A DNA stretch of 32,000 nt. Origin: Caulobacter phage phiCbK. Within the stretch, counting starts at the first letter, position 1. Every line of letters starts with the position of its first letter. This document shows positions 14,910 to 23,511 of this stretch, in pieces. The notes below the pieces were generated by a model that worked only from the letters and a program-made list of their open reading frames with translations, was not told the origin of the DNA and did not search any database. Made by a program: the position numbers and the translations under genes. The DNA is taken from the sequence record JX100813.1; one strand, given 5' to 3'.

Positions 14910-16327
14910 ATCAGCGCTCCTTGGCTCGGATCGGCCGGCGCGTAGACGGCGCGGTTGATGGTGGTCTCCGGCTCGCCCGAGCGCTTGTTGGCGCCGTGAC
15001 GCTTGATCGTGGCCCGGATGGCGTAGCGCTTGCCGGCCTCGGGACGGTACTTGCCGGTGTGGAAGTTCACCACCGCCGAGCCGTCGTCGCAGCGGATGGC
15101 CACGATGCAGGTCGTCTCGCCGAAGTCGTTGGTGTAGAGGTTGGTCCGCACGACCTCGCCCACGAAGTCCACGCGCTGGCCCTCGGCGGCGTCGAGGTGC
15201 TTGGCAGGCGGGCGCTGGGGAGCGTCGGCCTTCTTGCGGGCGTCCTCCTCGCGCTCCAGGACGCGGCCGACCGACAGACCGACAGCGGCGACGATCACCC
15301 CGATGCGCTTGACCAGGACGAAATCTTCCTGGGCGAGCACCATCTTGATGTTCTCGTGGAACGGATTGCCCGGCTTCAGCGAGCGGATGTAGTCGGTGAA
15401 GCCCTCGCGGTCGAATTCCGGCTCGAAGCCCTTGTAGGAGTCGATGATCTCCTGGTTGCGCTTGCGCTCGTAGTCCGACAGGCCATAGCCCCGGTTGCCG
15501 AACATCAGCAGGCCGACATGCTTGCGCGAGTCTTCCTTGCTGTAGCCGCCGAGCCGGCGCGCCACGCGGTACGAGGTCCGCAGGAGTTCGCCCAGATCGA
15601 CGTACTCCTCGCCCTTGCGCCAGCCGCCCGGATCACCCTTGAAGTTGTTCAGGTCATCCCAGAACGACAGCATGCGGACCGGATCGGCCCCCATATAGGC
15701 TTTCAGGCACGAGGCCCCGATCATCTTGATCCCGTCGGCGGTCTCGCAGACGAAGGTGTGTTTGCGGCGCTGGTTGACGCCGCAGTGGGCGCACTCGCCA
15801 GCGTGTACACGCATCCCTTCCACGACGTCGTTGGCGGTCTTGTCGACCAGCTTGAGGTAGTGCCCCGTCTTCTCGGCGGCTTCGTAGATGCCCAGGACGC
15901 GGCCCTTCTCGCCGACCATCGGCGGAACCGACAGGGTGATCTCGATGCGGCGCACCACCATGGCCTCGTCGCTCAGATAGGGCGAGGGAATGTCGACCAC
16001 CTTGCGCTCCAGGACCTCCAGGGTCTGGGCGCCGTGGGCGGCCCGCTTCTGGAGCTTGGCCAGCAGGCGCATGAAGCGTTCCTCGACGGCGAAGCCCATC
16101 ATGAAGGTCAGGACGGCTTGGCCGTCGCGCACGCCTTCCTGGGCCTCCCACATGGCGGTTCGGTGAGCCTCGCGCTCCTGCTCGTCCTCGAAGATCGACA
16201 CGCCCCTGGCGGTCACGACCTCGACGCCGTCGACCAGCACGCTGGCCTGATCGGCGACCGTCTCGGGACGCTCACCGTAGGTTTCCAGCATGTAGTCCTG
16301 GTAGCTGCCTTCGAATTCGCCAAACAT
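14906..16327 (-). CDS. large uncharacterised protein with Cys4 zinc-binding-like motif
   Basis: CAHCGVNQRRKHTFVCETADGIKMIGASCLKAYMG; own promoter and leader. Confidence 0.8.
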   Translation of the reverse strand: MFGEFEGSYQDYMLETYGERPETVADQASVLVDGVEVVTARGVSIFEDEQEREAHRTAMWEAQEGVRDGQAVLTFMMGFAVEERFMRLLAKLQKRAAHGAQTLEVLERKVVDIPSPYLSDEAMVVRRIEITLSVPPMVGEKGRVLGIYEAAEKTGHYLKLVDKTANDVVEGMRVHAGECAHCGVNQRRKHTFVCETADGIKMIGASCLKAYMGADPVRMLSFWDDLNNFKGDPGGWRKGEEYVDLGELLRTSYRVARRLGGYSKEDSRKHVGLLMFGNRGYGLSDYERKRNQEIIDSYKGFEPEFDREGFTDYIRSLKPGNPFHENIKMVLAQEDFVLVKRIGVIVAAVGLSVGRVLEREEDARKKADAPQRPPAKHLDAAEGQRVDFVGEVVRTNLYTNDFGETTCIVAIRCDDGSAVVNFHTGKYRPEAGKRYAIRATIKRHGANKRSGEPETTINRAVYAPADPSQGALI

Positions 16328-16356
16328 GATCGGCTCCTCTCGCTGTCGTGAGGGAG

Positions 16357-16385
16357 CTTGTACGGACTCATGCCGATGCTGTCAA
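16357..16385 (-). promoter_or_regulatory. predicted promoter P5
   Basis: GTGTTGACA-N17-TACAAG then ACGACAGCGAGAGGAG. Confidence 0.8.
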
Positions 16386-16409
16386 CACTCTAACGCCAAC
16401 AAAGAATCG

Positions 16410-16730
16410 CTAGGCCGCGTCCTCGGGCGCCATTTCGAGCGTCAGGGTGTACATGTCGTCGACGCCGATCGCCGGCTCGATCCCGACGATCACGCAGGTC
16501 CTGATCTTGCCGCTCTGGGCCTCGTAGATCACCGTGTCGTCCAGGCGCGGACCTTGGCAGTGAACCATCACGCTGGCCCGGTCGATCAGCAGGGACTTCC
16601 TGAACCATCCGCGCTTGACCTTGCGCGGCGGCGCGATCTTGAACGTGCTGGCGTGGAGCGCGTGTCCCCAGCCCTGCTTGGCGGGCCGGAAGTCGAAGGT
16701 GCGCGGGGCTTTATCGAGGCGCAGGAGCAT
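16410..16730 (-). CDS. hypothetical protein (106 aa)
   Basis: minus-strand ORF, natural composition. Confidence 0.55.
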   Translation of the reverse strand: MLLRLDKAPRTFDFRPAKQGWGHALHASTFKIAPPRKVKRGWFRKSLLIDRASVMVHCQGPRLDDTVIYEAQSGKIRTCVIVGIEPAIGVDDMYTLTLEMAPEDAA

Positions 16731-16938
16731 GGTGGTCCTTTTCCAGAGTGCGGCGCTCCAGGCGCCTGTGGCCGATGAAGGTGATCATGTCCTTGGCCTG
16801 GACACGCGTGGGCATATAGCCTCCGAACCGCCGCTGGAGCGGGATGCGCCGGTACTTGGCGTCGAACTTCCAGCGCCAGCGCCACGCGTCGGGGTTCTGC
16901 CGCGCGAGGAGGGCGAAGACGAAGGACGGCGGGATCAT
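16711..16938 (-). CDS. hypothetical protein (75 aa)
   Basis: ATGA overlap with upstream gene. Confidence 0.5.
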   Translation of the reverse strand: MIPPSFVFALLARQNPDAWRWRWKFDAKYRRIPLQRRFGGYMPTRVQAKDMITFIGHRRLERRTLEKDHHAPAPR

Positions 16939-17180
16939 GGATTGTCTCCCGAGAGGACCGAGAAGGTCGCCACCGGCGTCTTGCCATCCAGCGGATGACC
17001 CAGGATCAGTTCGGGGTCCTCGTCGCCCTCGCGGTCCTTCCAGACCACCTTGCCGTGATAGGTCATGACGCCGGCCGGGAGGTTCTGGCTGACCAGCCGC
17101 AGGGTCTCGGCATAGACATGGGTCCAGTCGAATGGGTTCACCTGGGCCGGATTGTTGGTCACGCTGACGATCAAGGGCAT
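16935..17180 (-). CDS. hypothetical protein (81 aa; MPLIVSVTNNPAQ...)
   Basis: ATG at 17178-17180; longer ORF-track N-terminus is shadow. Confidence 0.6.
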   Translation of the reverse strand: MPLIVSVTNNPAQVNPFDWTHVYAETLRLVSQNLPAGVMTYHGKVVWKDREGDEDPELILGHPLDGKTPVATFSVLSGDNP

Positions 17181-17701
17181 CAGGAGGTCGAGCCTTTCAG
17201 ATGGGTGTGGCCGCGATGGAACATGGTGGCGGCCTGCTTTTCGGTCCGGCACGGCCCGAACCACAGGCTGTCGCCCTGGCGGCGGGCGGCGATCCCGTAT
17301 TCCCGCCGGGGCTCTTCGAGATAGGGGAGCGTCGTCAGGGCGCTCAGGACCTCGTAGGGCGTCTCGTCCGCCTCGATCTGGTCGTCGGTCACGGCGATGT
17401 AGAAATAGAGGTCGCGATCGGCCAGACCTAGCGGCGACTTGGCCCGGAACGAGCGGAAGCTCGACCAGAACCAGCCTCGCCGCATCTCCAGGCCCCGACG
17501 GACGCCGAGCAAGCCCTCCTGGGTCTCGCCCTCGGGCCAGCACCCGAGGATCGAGGCGCTATAGGTCGCGCCCTCGGGCTCGCCGAGGTCGGCGCGGACA
17601 GCCGTCATGGCGATCGCCTTGGCCTCTTCCTCGTCGGCCGCCGCGATCTCGATCTCGGTGACCAGGGACTGGGAGACCTTGACCAGGAACCGCTCAGTCA
17701 C
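17180..17701 (-). CDS. hypothetical protein (173 aa)
   Basis: minus-strand ORF with 1-nt overlap to next gene. Confidence 0.6.
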   Translation of the reverse strand: MTERFLVKVSQSLVTEIEIAAADEEEAKAIAMTAVRADLGEPEGATYSASILGCWPEGETQEGLLGVRRGLEMRRGWFWSSFRSFRAKSPLGLADRDLYFYIAVTDDQIEADETPYEVLSALTTLPYLEEPRREYGIAARRQGDSLWFGPCRTEKQAATMFHRGHTHLKGSTS

Positions 17702-18386
17702 GGAGACCTGCGAGTTGGAACGCCGTGGCGCCGACGGCCGCCGCCAGTTCTTGCTTGAGGTGCTCGACGTCCTCCTTCAATTCCTTGAAGTAGGGCGTGT
17801 CGGCGAGCAGGTCCTGCATTTTCCAGGCCAGGGTGTAGGCCCGGTGGACATAGCTCGTCGGATCGTCCTCGACCATCTTGACGACGTCGATCGCCTTCAG
17901 TTCGATCAGGCCCTCGGGACCCTTGATGAACACCACGTCATGCGGCTCGATGATCCGAACGCCGCCCGAGGCGAGGTTCTTCAGGACACGCTCGCGGTGC
18001 TCGCAGTGGTCGACCACGCCGATCTCGCCGCGCAGGGCGTGCGGCGGGTTGTGGGTCACCATGACGACCCGATCGCCCGGCTGGAACGCCCAGCGCACTT
18101 CGGGGTCGTTGAGGTGGTCGTCGACCATCTGTCGGATCGTCGCCAGGGAAGTGTGGCCGTAGCAGTCGCCGTGGAGGACGTAGTGGATGATCTTCCACTC
18201 CTTCTCGGTCGGCATCGGGACTTCCTTCCCGTCGCCGTCGCGGCCGTGATAGTAGGCCGCCGTGCCCAGGCGATGGATGAGTTCGAAGGGCTCGCCCTCG
18301 TCGGTGACCTCCGGATGCTCGTCGAGCAACGCGATCATCTTGGCGAGGCTGTAGGTGAGCGGTCGGGTGGCGGGGCGCTGGGTCAC
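17694..18386 (-). CDS. hypothetical protein (230 aa)
   Basis: minus-strand ORF, natural composition. Confidence 0.65.
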   Translation of the reverse strand: MTQRPATRPLTYSLAKMIALLDEHPEVTDEGEPFELIHRLGTAAYYHGRDGDGKEVPMPTEKEWKIIHYVLHGDCYGHTSLATIRQMVDDHLNDPEVRWAFQPGDRVVMVTHNPPHALRGEIGVVDHCEHRERVLKNLASGGVRIIEPHDVVFIKGPEGLIELKAIDVVKMVEDDPTSYVHRAYTLAWKMQDLLADTPYFKELKEDVEHLKQELAAAVGATAFQLAGLRD

Positions 18387-18739
18387 AGGTGCTTCTCCAG
18401 GCCCAGGTCGTCGATCACCGCCTGGGCGATCGCTTCCAGATTGAAGTGGCCGTCGATGACCGTGTCCTGCGCATCGTCGGCGTCGACATAGTTGGACGGC
18501 GTCGGCGCCGGGGCTTCCAGGATCGCACGCTTCAGGGCGTCGGCCAGGATGACCGCCGGGGTCCGCTTGACCTTGGCCTTCTTGACCTTCCAGTTGAGGT
18601 CCTGGAGGCGCACGACGCGGCGATCGCCATCGACGATCTCCTTGAAGGCGCCGGCCTTGATCAGTCGCTCGACCGTGTCGTCGCTGAAATGCGGGTTGGC
18701 CTCATCGACCGGGGCAGATCGAGTTGGGCGTCGATCCAC
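18383..18739 (-). CDS. hypothetical protein (118 aa), GTG start or later
   Basis: minus-strand ORF; start uncertain because it overlaps 18661..18864. Confidence 0.55.
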   Translation of the reverse strand: MDRRPTRSAPVDEANPHFSDDTVERLIKAGAFKEIVDGDRRVVRLQDLNWKVKKAKVKRTPAVILADALKRAILEAPAPTPSNYVDADDAQDTVIDGHFNLEAIAQAVIDDLGLEKHL

Positions 18740-18864
18740 TGCTGCTCGCTCATATAGGGCTGGTGGCGCGCCGTGGCGCGGATGCCGTATTGTAGACGCT
18801 TGTCGTAGAGGGTGAGGCGCAGGCCGGCATGGTCGCGCTCGATCCAGATGTCAGGCCGCTGCAT
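18661..18864 (-). CDS. hypothetical protein (67 aa)
   Basis: DHAGLRLTLYDKRLQYGIRATARHQPYMSEQQWIDAQLDLP has natural composition; C-terminus overlaps next gene. Confidence 0.45.
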   Translation of the reverse strand: MQRPDIWIERDHAGLRLTLYDKRLQYGIRATARHQPYMSEQQWIDAQLDLPRSMRPTRISATTRSSD

Positions 18865-19882
18865 CGGCGACCTCCTCGGCCTCTTCCTCGCTCGGGGCGA
18901 TCGTCGAGCCCGAGTATTCCTGAAGGTGATCGACCGCCTTCTGGGCCAGCGACGCGGCGGTGAAGATGAAGCGCTTGTCGCCCTTCAGGACCTTCAGCCA
19001 GGAGGCGACATAGGAGGCGTGATCCTCACGGACTTCCGGGGTCAACCCAAGAATGGCGCAGAGGAAGGCCGAGCCCAGTTCGGCGACCAGTTCCTCGGCG
19101 GCGTAGGCCTCGTCCCCGAAGCGCTTGCCGAACTCGCGGTTCAGGCGGTCCTCGCGACCGGTCCAGTGGACGAACTCGTGGCCGAGGGTGGCGTAGTAGC
19201 TCTCCTCGTCGCGGAAGGCGTCGAACTGGGGCATCTGGATGAAGTCCAGGTGCGGCGAGAAGAAGGCCCGATGGCCGCCGTGGCGCACCTCGGCGCCCGT
19301 GGCGGCGAAGAACTTCTCGACCGCCGCGTTGCGCTCCAGGACCCGCTTGGCTTCCTCGGCGGGCGTCGCCGGGGCCGGGGCGGGCTTCTGGTAGAAGCGC
19401 TCGGGCAGGCCGTCGATCTGCTCGACGTTGAACACCAGATAGGACTTCAGGAACGGGATCATCCGCTCGACGTCCTTGCCGTTGGCGTCCTTCTCGGTCT
19501 TCTTGAACTTCGAGGCGTAGACGATCAGTTCGGACTTCTCGCCCTTGCGGACCTGACCACCCAGGTCCCTGGCTTGGTTGTAGGTCATCCAGGTCGGGTT
19601 GGTGTAGCCGCGCTCCTGGGCGGCGGCCCACAGGAGGACCACGTTGATCCCGGTGTAGCGCTGGCCGGTCACCCGGCGGGGATAGATCGCCATGCCGGCC
19701 GAGGCGCCGCCGGGAGCCGACCACGGCTTCAACCAGGGACGCACGCCAGCGTCGAGGGCGGTGATGATCTTGTCGGTGATCTTCTGATAGAGGTCGACCT
19801 TGACGGTTTCGGTCGAGGCCTTGCCGGTCTCCTTGGTGGAGCGCTTGGCCGGCTTCTTCTTGGCGGCGGTGGTCTTGGTCAT
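18851..19882 (-). CDS. ardC: ArdC-like antirestriction protein (N-terminal ssDNA-binding domain plus zincin-like metallopeptidase)
   Basis: DLYQKITDKIITALDAGVRPWLKPW, TGINVVLLW, WMTYNQARDLGGQVRKGEKSELIVYASK, and ESYYATLGHEFVHWTGREDRLNRE...YAAEELVAELGSAFLC (HExxH-type). Confidence 0.92.
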   Translation of the reverse strand: MTKTTAAKKKPAKRSTKETGKASTETVKVDLYQKITDKIITALDAGVRPWLKPWSAPGGASAGMAIYPRRVTGQRYTGINVVLLWAAAQERGYTNPTWMTYNQARDLGGQVRKGEKSELIVYASKFKKTEKDANGKDVERMIPFLKSYLVFNVEQIDGLPERFYQKPAPAPATPAEEAKRVLERNAAVEKFFAATGAEVRHGGHRAFFSPHLDFIQMPQFDAFRDEESYYATLGHEFVHWTGREDRLNREFGKRFGDEAYAAEELVAELGSAFLCAILGLTPEVREDHASYVASWLKVLKGDKRFIFTAASLAQKAVDHLQEYSGSTIAPSEEEAEEVADAAA

Positions 19883-19908
19883 CAGGGCCTCCTCGTTGTC
19901 GTCGAGGG

Positions 19909-19937
19909 GTTCTAGCCGGCGACCGCGACCTTGTCAA
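19909..19937 (-). promoter_or_regulatory. predicted promoter P6, upstream of ardC
   Basis: GTGTTGACA-N17-TAGAAC then CGACGACAACGAGGAGG. Confidence 0.88.
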
Positions 19938-20148
19938 CACTCTCGCGCCAGTTCTTAATCGCTTGGCGTTCCGCGAAGGTGGGCTGGCGCTCCCAGCAGG
20001 CATACTGCTCCGAGCCTCGGGTACAGTTCTCACGGATGATCTCGCCATCCGCGTTGTGCAGCGGCGTGTAGGGCTTCTTCATGCAGTGCCCGAGATACTG
20101 CCCCACCCAGGGGTGCCAGAGGCGGCAGTTGCCGCAGACCTGCCTCAT
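19912..20148 (-). CDS. small Cys-rich protein (78 aa), possible zinc-binding
   Basis: CGNCRLWHPW...GHCMKK...NCTRGSEQYACWE. Confidence 0.6.
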   Translation of the reverse strand: MRQVCGNCRLWHPWVGQYLGHCMKKPYTPLHNADGEIIRENCTRGSEQYACWERQPTFAERQAIKNWRESVDKVAVAG

Positions 20149-20348
20149 CAGGCGCTCATTATCGCCGCGCAGAGGATCATCACCACCAGCCCGCCGACGA
20201 TCGGGCAGACGATCAGCGACATGCAGAACGTCAAGGTCGGGTGGTCGATGAAATAGAACAGGTAGGGAGGCGGTTGGGGCTGGTTATAGAGAACGGCCGC
20301 GCCCAGCGCCAGCGCGATGGCGCCGATGATCCAGCCAGTCCATACCAG
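20148..20348 (-). other. open frame for a two-helix membrane protein with no ATG/GTG/TTG in its N-terminal part
   Basis: frame reads LVWTGWIIGAIALALGAAVLYNQPQPPPYLFYFIDHPTLTFCMSLIVCPIVGGLVVMILCAAIMSA*; stop overlaps ATG of the 19912..20148 gene (TGATG). Confidence 0.45.
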
Positions 20349-20382
20349 AAGGCGCCCTGGAGAAGCGTTTCGACTTTCGGGT

Positions 20383-20703
20383 TCATCGGCGGTTGTTCTC
20401 CAGGTCCCAGATGCGGTTGCGCAGTTGGCGGATGGTCTCTTCCAGGTCGCGGACCTTGCGATAATGCTGGTCCTCGGTCTCCTGGGTGTTGCGCTTGTAG
20501 CGCCGCTCCCGCTCGTCCATCTCCGTCTGGAGCGGATTGGGGATCACGTCATGACCGTGGGCCATGCCGTAGTTCTCGAACGAGCCCTCGATCCCCTCGG
20601 CGATCCCCTGGCGCTTTTCCAGTGGGATGCCGTTCCAGAGGTCAAAGAGGCCTTCGGCGTCAAACGAGGCGTCCAGGCTTTCGAGCCAGTAATCAGTCGC
20701 CAT
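20383..20703 (-). CDS. hypothetical protein (106 aa), C-terminal coiled coil
   Basis: YRKVRDLEETIRQLRNRIWDLENNRR. Confidence 0.6.
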   Translation of the reverse strand: MATDYWLESLDASFDAEGLFDLWNGIPLEKRQGIAEGIEGSFENYGMAHGHDVIPNPLQTEMDERERRYKRNTQETEDQHYRKVRDLEETIRQLRNRIWDLENNRR

Positions 20704-21076
20704 GATGCACGCCCTCCCCGGCCCGGACGCATTGGATCGGGCCTCCGTCGCCCTCTTCGGTGTAGCGCACGAGACTGCCGGCCTTGATCAGCATCTGGAC
20801 CGTCTCGTCGCTGACCGTAACGTCGCGCCCCGGCGGGCTCCAGGAGCGGCCGTCATCCATCAGGATCAGACCTTCGCGCCGGATCGCCAGGGACATCGCC
20901 TGGGCCGCGCGCTGGGCGGCGCTGGTCGCGCCCTCGACCAGGACCTTGAGGTCCTCGATCGGGAAGCACTCCAGGAACCGAGTGCGGACCTCCAGGCGCT
21001 CGGCCGGCGGCAGGCGCATGATGTCGCCCACCAGGATGTCGGCGTACTCCTCGGCGGTCTTGGGGGCGTCGGTCAT
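20693..21076 (-). CDS. hypothetical protein (127 aa)
   Basis: ATGA overlap with acyl carrier protein gene. Confidence 0.65.
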   Translation of the reverse strand: MTDAPKTAEEYADILVGDIMRLPPAERLEVRTRFLECFPIEDLKVLVEGATSAAQRAAQAMSLAIRREGLILMDDGRSWSPPGRDVTVSDETVQMLIKAGSLVRYTEEGDGGPIQCVRAGEGVHHGD

Positions 21077-21330
21077 GACTTGAGGCTCTGGCAGGCGAAC
21101 GTGATCACGTCGCCGAGGGTGTTGAAATCCTCGGGGAACTGGACCGGCTCAGGGACGGCGAAGTCCTCCTCCAGGCACAGCATCAACTCGATGATGTCCA
21201 GGCTGTCGAGGCCCAGATCATCTTCCAGCCGTAGCCCCTCGTCCATATCGTCGAGGGTGTACGACCGGTCGGTGATCGCATGGGCGTAGTCGAAGGTCGC
21301 CGCCTTGATCTCGTCGCGCGTGAAGGTCAC
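21073..21330 (-). CDS. acyl carrier protein-like (85 aa)
   Basis: LRLEDDLGLDSLDIIELMLCLEEDFAVPEP: DSL phosphopantetheine attachment motif in canonical helix-2 context; own promoter. Confidence 0.88.
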   Translation of the reverse strand: MTFTRDEIKAATFDYAHAITDRSYTLDDMDEGLRLEDDLGLDSLDIIELMLCLEEDFAVPEPVQFPEDFNTLGDVITFACQSLKS

Positions 21331-22061
21331 GGCTCTCCCCCTGGTGTCGTTTCGGCGCTTCTAGCCCTCCCAAGCAGAGCCGTCAACACATCAGCGCCAC
21401 GCCAGACCCAGGATAGGCTCAGAACGAGGTCGCGGTCCTCATAGGCGGCGCTGCGCCCGGTGATCACCTTGATCGCCGAGAGCGGGCCGAACCGCCAGAA
21501 GACGACCGTGCGCGAGTCGTTGCGGCCGGGCAGGTGCTCCAGCAGCACGCGACGCTTGATCGCCAAATGTCGCTGCTCCCTGTGAAGGACGAGCGCGACC
21601 TTGCGCGTCGGGTCAGACCCGAACCACCGGCGCCAGTAGCCCGGATTGTCGATGTTCTCGAACAGCCGGCCGATCCGCTTGCTGACGGGGCGAAGCCCAG
21701 GCTCGCGCCGGCGCACGCTCAGCGGTGGGAAGGTGCAAGGCGGCCACTCCGGAAGCAGGCGCAGGCGCAGCCTCCGGAATTCCCACGCCGGCATGGCGTT
21801 GTCCTTGGTGTTGTTGCACGCCACGCAGGCCGCCGCCAGATTGCTCTCGTGGTTCGATCCGCCCTCGGCCCTAGCCTCCAGGTGCTCGATCGTCACCTCG
21901 TCGGGCTCCAGCTTGCCACCGCCCCGGCCGATCCGCCGGCGATAGGCCATCTGCCCCGTGCAATAGGTGCAGAGGCCACCCGCCTCCAGGAAGAGGCGGT
22001 GGCGGCGGTTCGGAGCGGCGGGCGGTAGCGGGTCCTGGACCAGCACCTCAGATGAGGACAT
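21327..22061 (-). CDS. HNH endonuclease
   Basis: GGLCTYCTGQ ... VTIEHLEARAEGGSNHESNLAAACVACNNTKDN. Confidence 0.85.
   Translation of the reverse strand: MSSSEVLVQDPLPPAAPNRRHRLFLEAGGLCTYCTGQMAYRRRIGRGGGKLEPDEVTIEHLEARAEGGSNHESNLAAACVACNNTKDNAMPAWEFRRLRLRLLPEWPPCTFPPLSVRRREPGLRPVSKRIGRLFENIDNPGYWRRWFGSDPTRKVALVLHREQRHLAIKRRVLLEHLPGRNDSRTVVFWRFGPLSAIKVITGRSAAYEDRDLVLSLSWVWRGADVLTALLGRARSAETTPGGEP
21358..21386 (-). promoter_or_regulatory. predicted promoter P7, upstream of acyl carrier protein
   Basis: GTGTTGACG-N17-TAGAAG then ACGACACCAGGGGGAG. Confidence 0.82.
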
Positions 22062-22494
22062 AGCCGTCCTTGCCGTTGTCGAAGATCAGATCGGAGAAGC
22101 GCAGCGTCTCCAGGGCGGTGTTGAAGGCCGCCTCGGAGCCACCCACCCGCGCCCAGACCGTGCGTCCGCCCATGACGACATGGAAGAGGTCCGGCGCCGT
22201 CTGGGAGCGCACCACCGAGGCGGCGTTGTCGACCAGCACCCGATAGGCCGCGCCGGCGACCGTCAGGCGGTCGCGCGTGTCGAGCAGGCCCAGACCCCGC
22301 AGGTCGGCGAGATAGTCGCTCAGCCCCTGCACCGTGACGCCGGCCGCCAGGGCAAGCGTGGTCGGGTTGTTGTTGGCGCCCAAGGCCTTAAGGACCTCGA
22401 CCCGGCGCAGGATCGCCTCCTCGCGGGTCTCGACCTCGATCTGGTCGTCGGTCTTCTGGGCGCCCTGAATGGTCTTGCGCAGCGGTTGCAGCAT
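22048..22494 (-). CDS. hypothetical protein, possible winged-helix DNA-binding
   Basis: EEAILRRVEVLKALGANNNPTTLALAAGVTVQGLSDYLADLRGLGLLD...LTVAGAAY. Confidence 0.5.
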   Translation of the reverse strand: MLQPLRKTIQGAQKTDDQIEVETREEAILRRVEVLKALGANNNPTTLALAAGVTVQGLSDYLADLRGLGLLDTRDRLTVAGAAYRVLVDNAASVVRSQTAPDLFHVVMGGRTVWARVGGSEAAFNTALETLRFSDLIFDNGKDGYVLI

Positions 22495-22503
22495 GGTCGA
22501 TCC

Positions 22504-22887
22504 TTAACGAATGAGGCTCCAGGCCTCTTGGGTTTTGCCGTAGGGTTCGGGGAAGATATAGCCCCGGTGGTGGAGGTCGGCCAAGATCGCCTCGGTGTGC
22601 GGAAGGTAGGCCTCTTCGCTCCCGGTATAGGGCGTCTCCTGGTTCCTGGCTCGCCAGAAGAGGCGGTGGTTCAGCCGCAGAGCCGTGCGCTCGAACGCTC
22701 GGCGCGGATTGATCTCGCAGGCCAGGATGTGGCAAATCCAGCCCGCCTCGGTGTGGCGCACCCGCCCGCCCTGCAAGGCGAAGAAGCCCTCGTCCTTAAG
22801 CGCCATGAACTCCGCCTGGAGTTCCGGCAGGAAACGCACGAGGCGCCCGAACGCGTCATGGAAGACGACGACGCGGCGATCATACAT
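22504..22887 (-). CDS. hypothetical protein (127 aa)
   Basis: minus-strand ORF, natural composition. Confidence 0.6.
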   Translation of the reverse strand: MYDRRVVVFHDAFGRLVRFLPELQAEFMALKDEGFFALQGGRVRHTEAGWICHILACEINPRRAFERTALRLNHRLFWRARNQETPYTGSEEAYLPHTEAILADLHHRGYIFPEPYGKTQEAWSLIR

Positions 22888-23239
22888 CGGTTTGATAGCC
22901 CAGGAACGGGCGCAGAAAGCCCATCAGGTCCTTGTCGATGCGGATCGCCTTGAGTTCCGAGCAGCGGGCGTTCTCGGCGACGGTGCGCAGCCACTTCGCC
23001 CGCTCGTAATAGGTCGGGGCATGATCCCACCAGCGATAGCTGCTCTGGCGGATAGCCTCGGCTTCCTTCTCGGTCGGCGGGCGTCGCTTGAAATGCCACC
23101 ACGGCCCGTCCTGGACAGTGTCCATCGTTATGATCTTGGCCAGGGTCTCGTTGCGGGTCGCATTGCCCAAGGCCTGCGCTTCCTCGGCCGCCTTGAGAGC
23201 GGCTTCGAGCAGGACGAGGCGATCGACTTCGGCGGACAT
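22880..23239 (-). CDS. hypothetical protein (119 aa; MSAEVDRLVLLEA...)
   Basis: ATG at 23237-23239. Confidence 0.65.
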   Translation of the reverse strand: MSAEVDRLVLLEAALKAAEEAQALGNATRNETLAKIITMDTVQDGPWWHFKRRPPTEKEAEAIRQSSYRWWDHAPTYYERAKWLRTVAENARCSELKAIRIDKDLMGFLRPFLGYQTDV

Positions 23240-23241
23240 GC

Positions 23242-23511
23242 TCACTTCAGCTTCTCCCCAATATAGACGTCCAGGAACCGCGCTTGCGCATCCTGGTCCT
23301 GGAACATCCAGATCGCGTACTTGGTGCGCGGGAACGGCTGGCGGAAGAACTCCACCGGGCCAAGGAGGTCCTTGGCGCCGTGCGGCGTCGGCGCGACCAG
23401 CGGCGTCTTGACCACGAACGGGAAGCGTTCGAGGCGCTTGATCACCGCCATCGAACAGTCGCGCTCGCGCGTCGTCTTTTCGGGCAGGTCGCGGGTCCAG
23501 GTCGTGGTCAT
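23242..23511 (-). CDS. hypothetical protein (89 aa)
   Basis: minus-strand ORF abutting neighbours. Confidence 0.6.
   Translation of the reverse strand: MTTTWTRDLPEKTTRERDCSMAVIKRLERFPFVVKTPLVAPTPHGAKDLLGPVEFFRQPFPRTKYAIWMFQDQDAQARFLDVYIGEKLK

Noticed and set aside
14921-16351. 476-aa plus-strand ORF opposite the Cys4 protein
   Set aside because: Shadow ORF; the minus-strand frame has zinc motif, promoter and SD.
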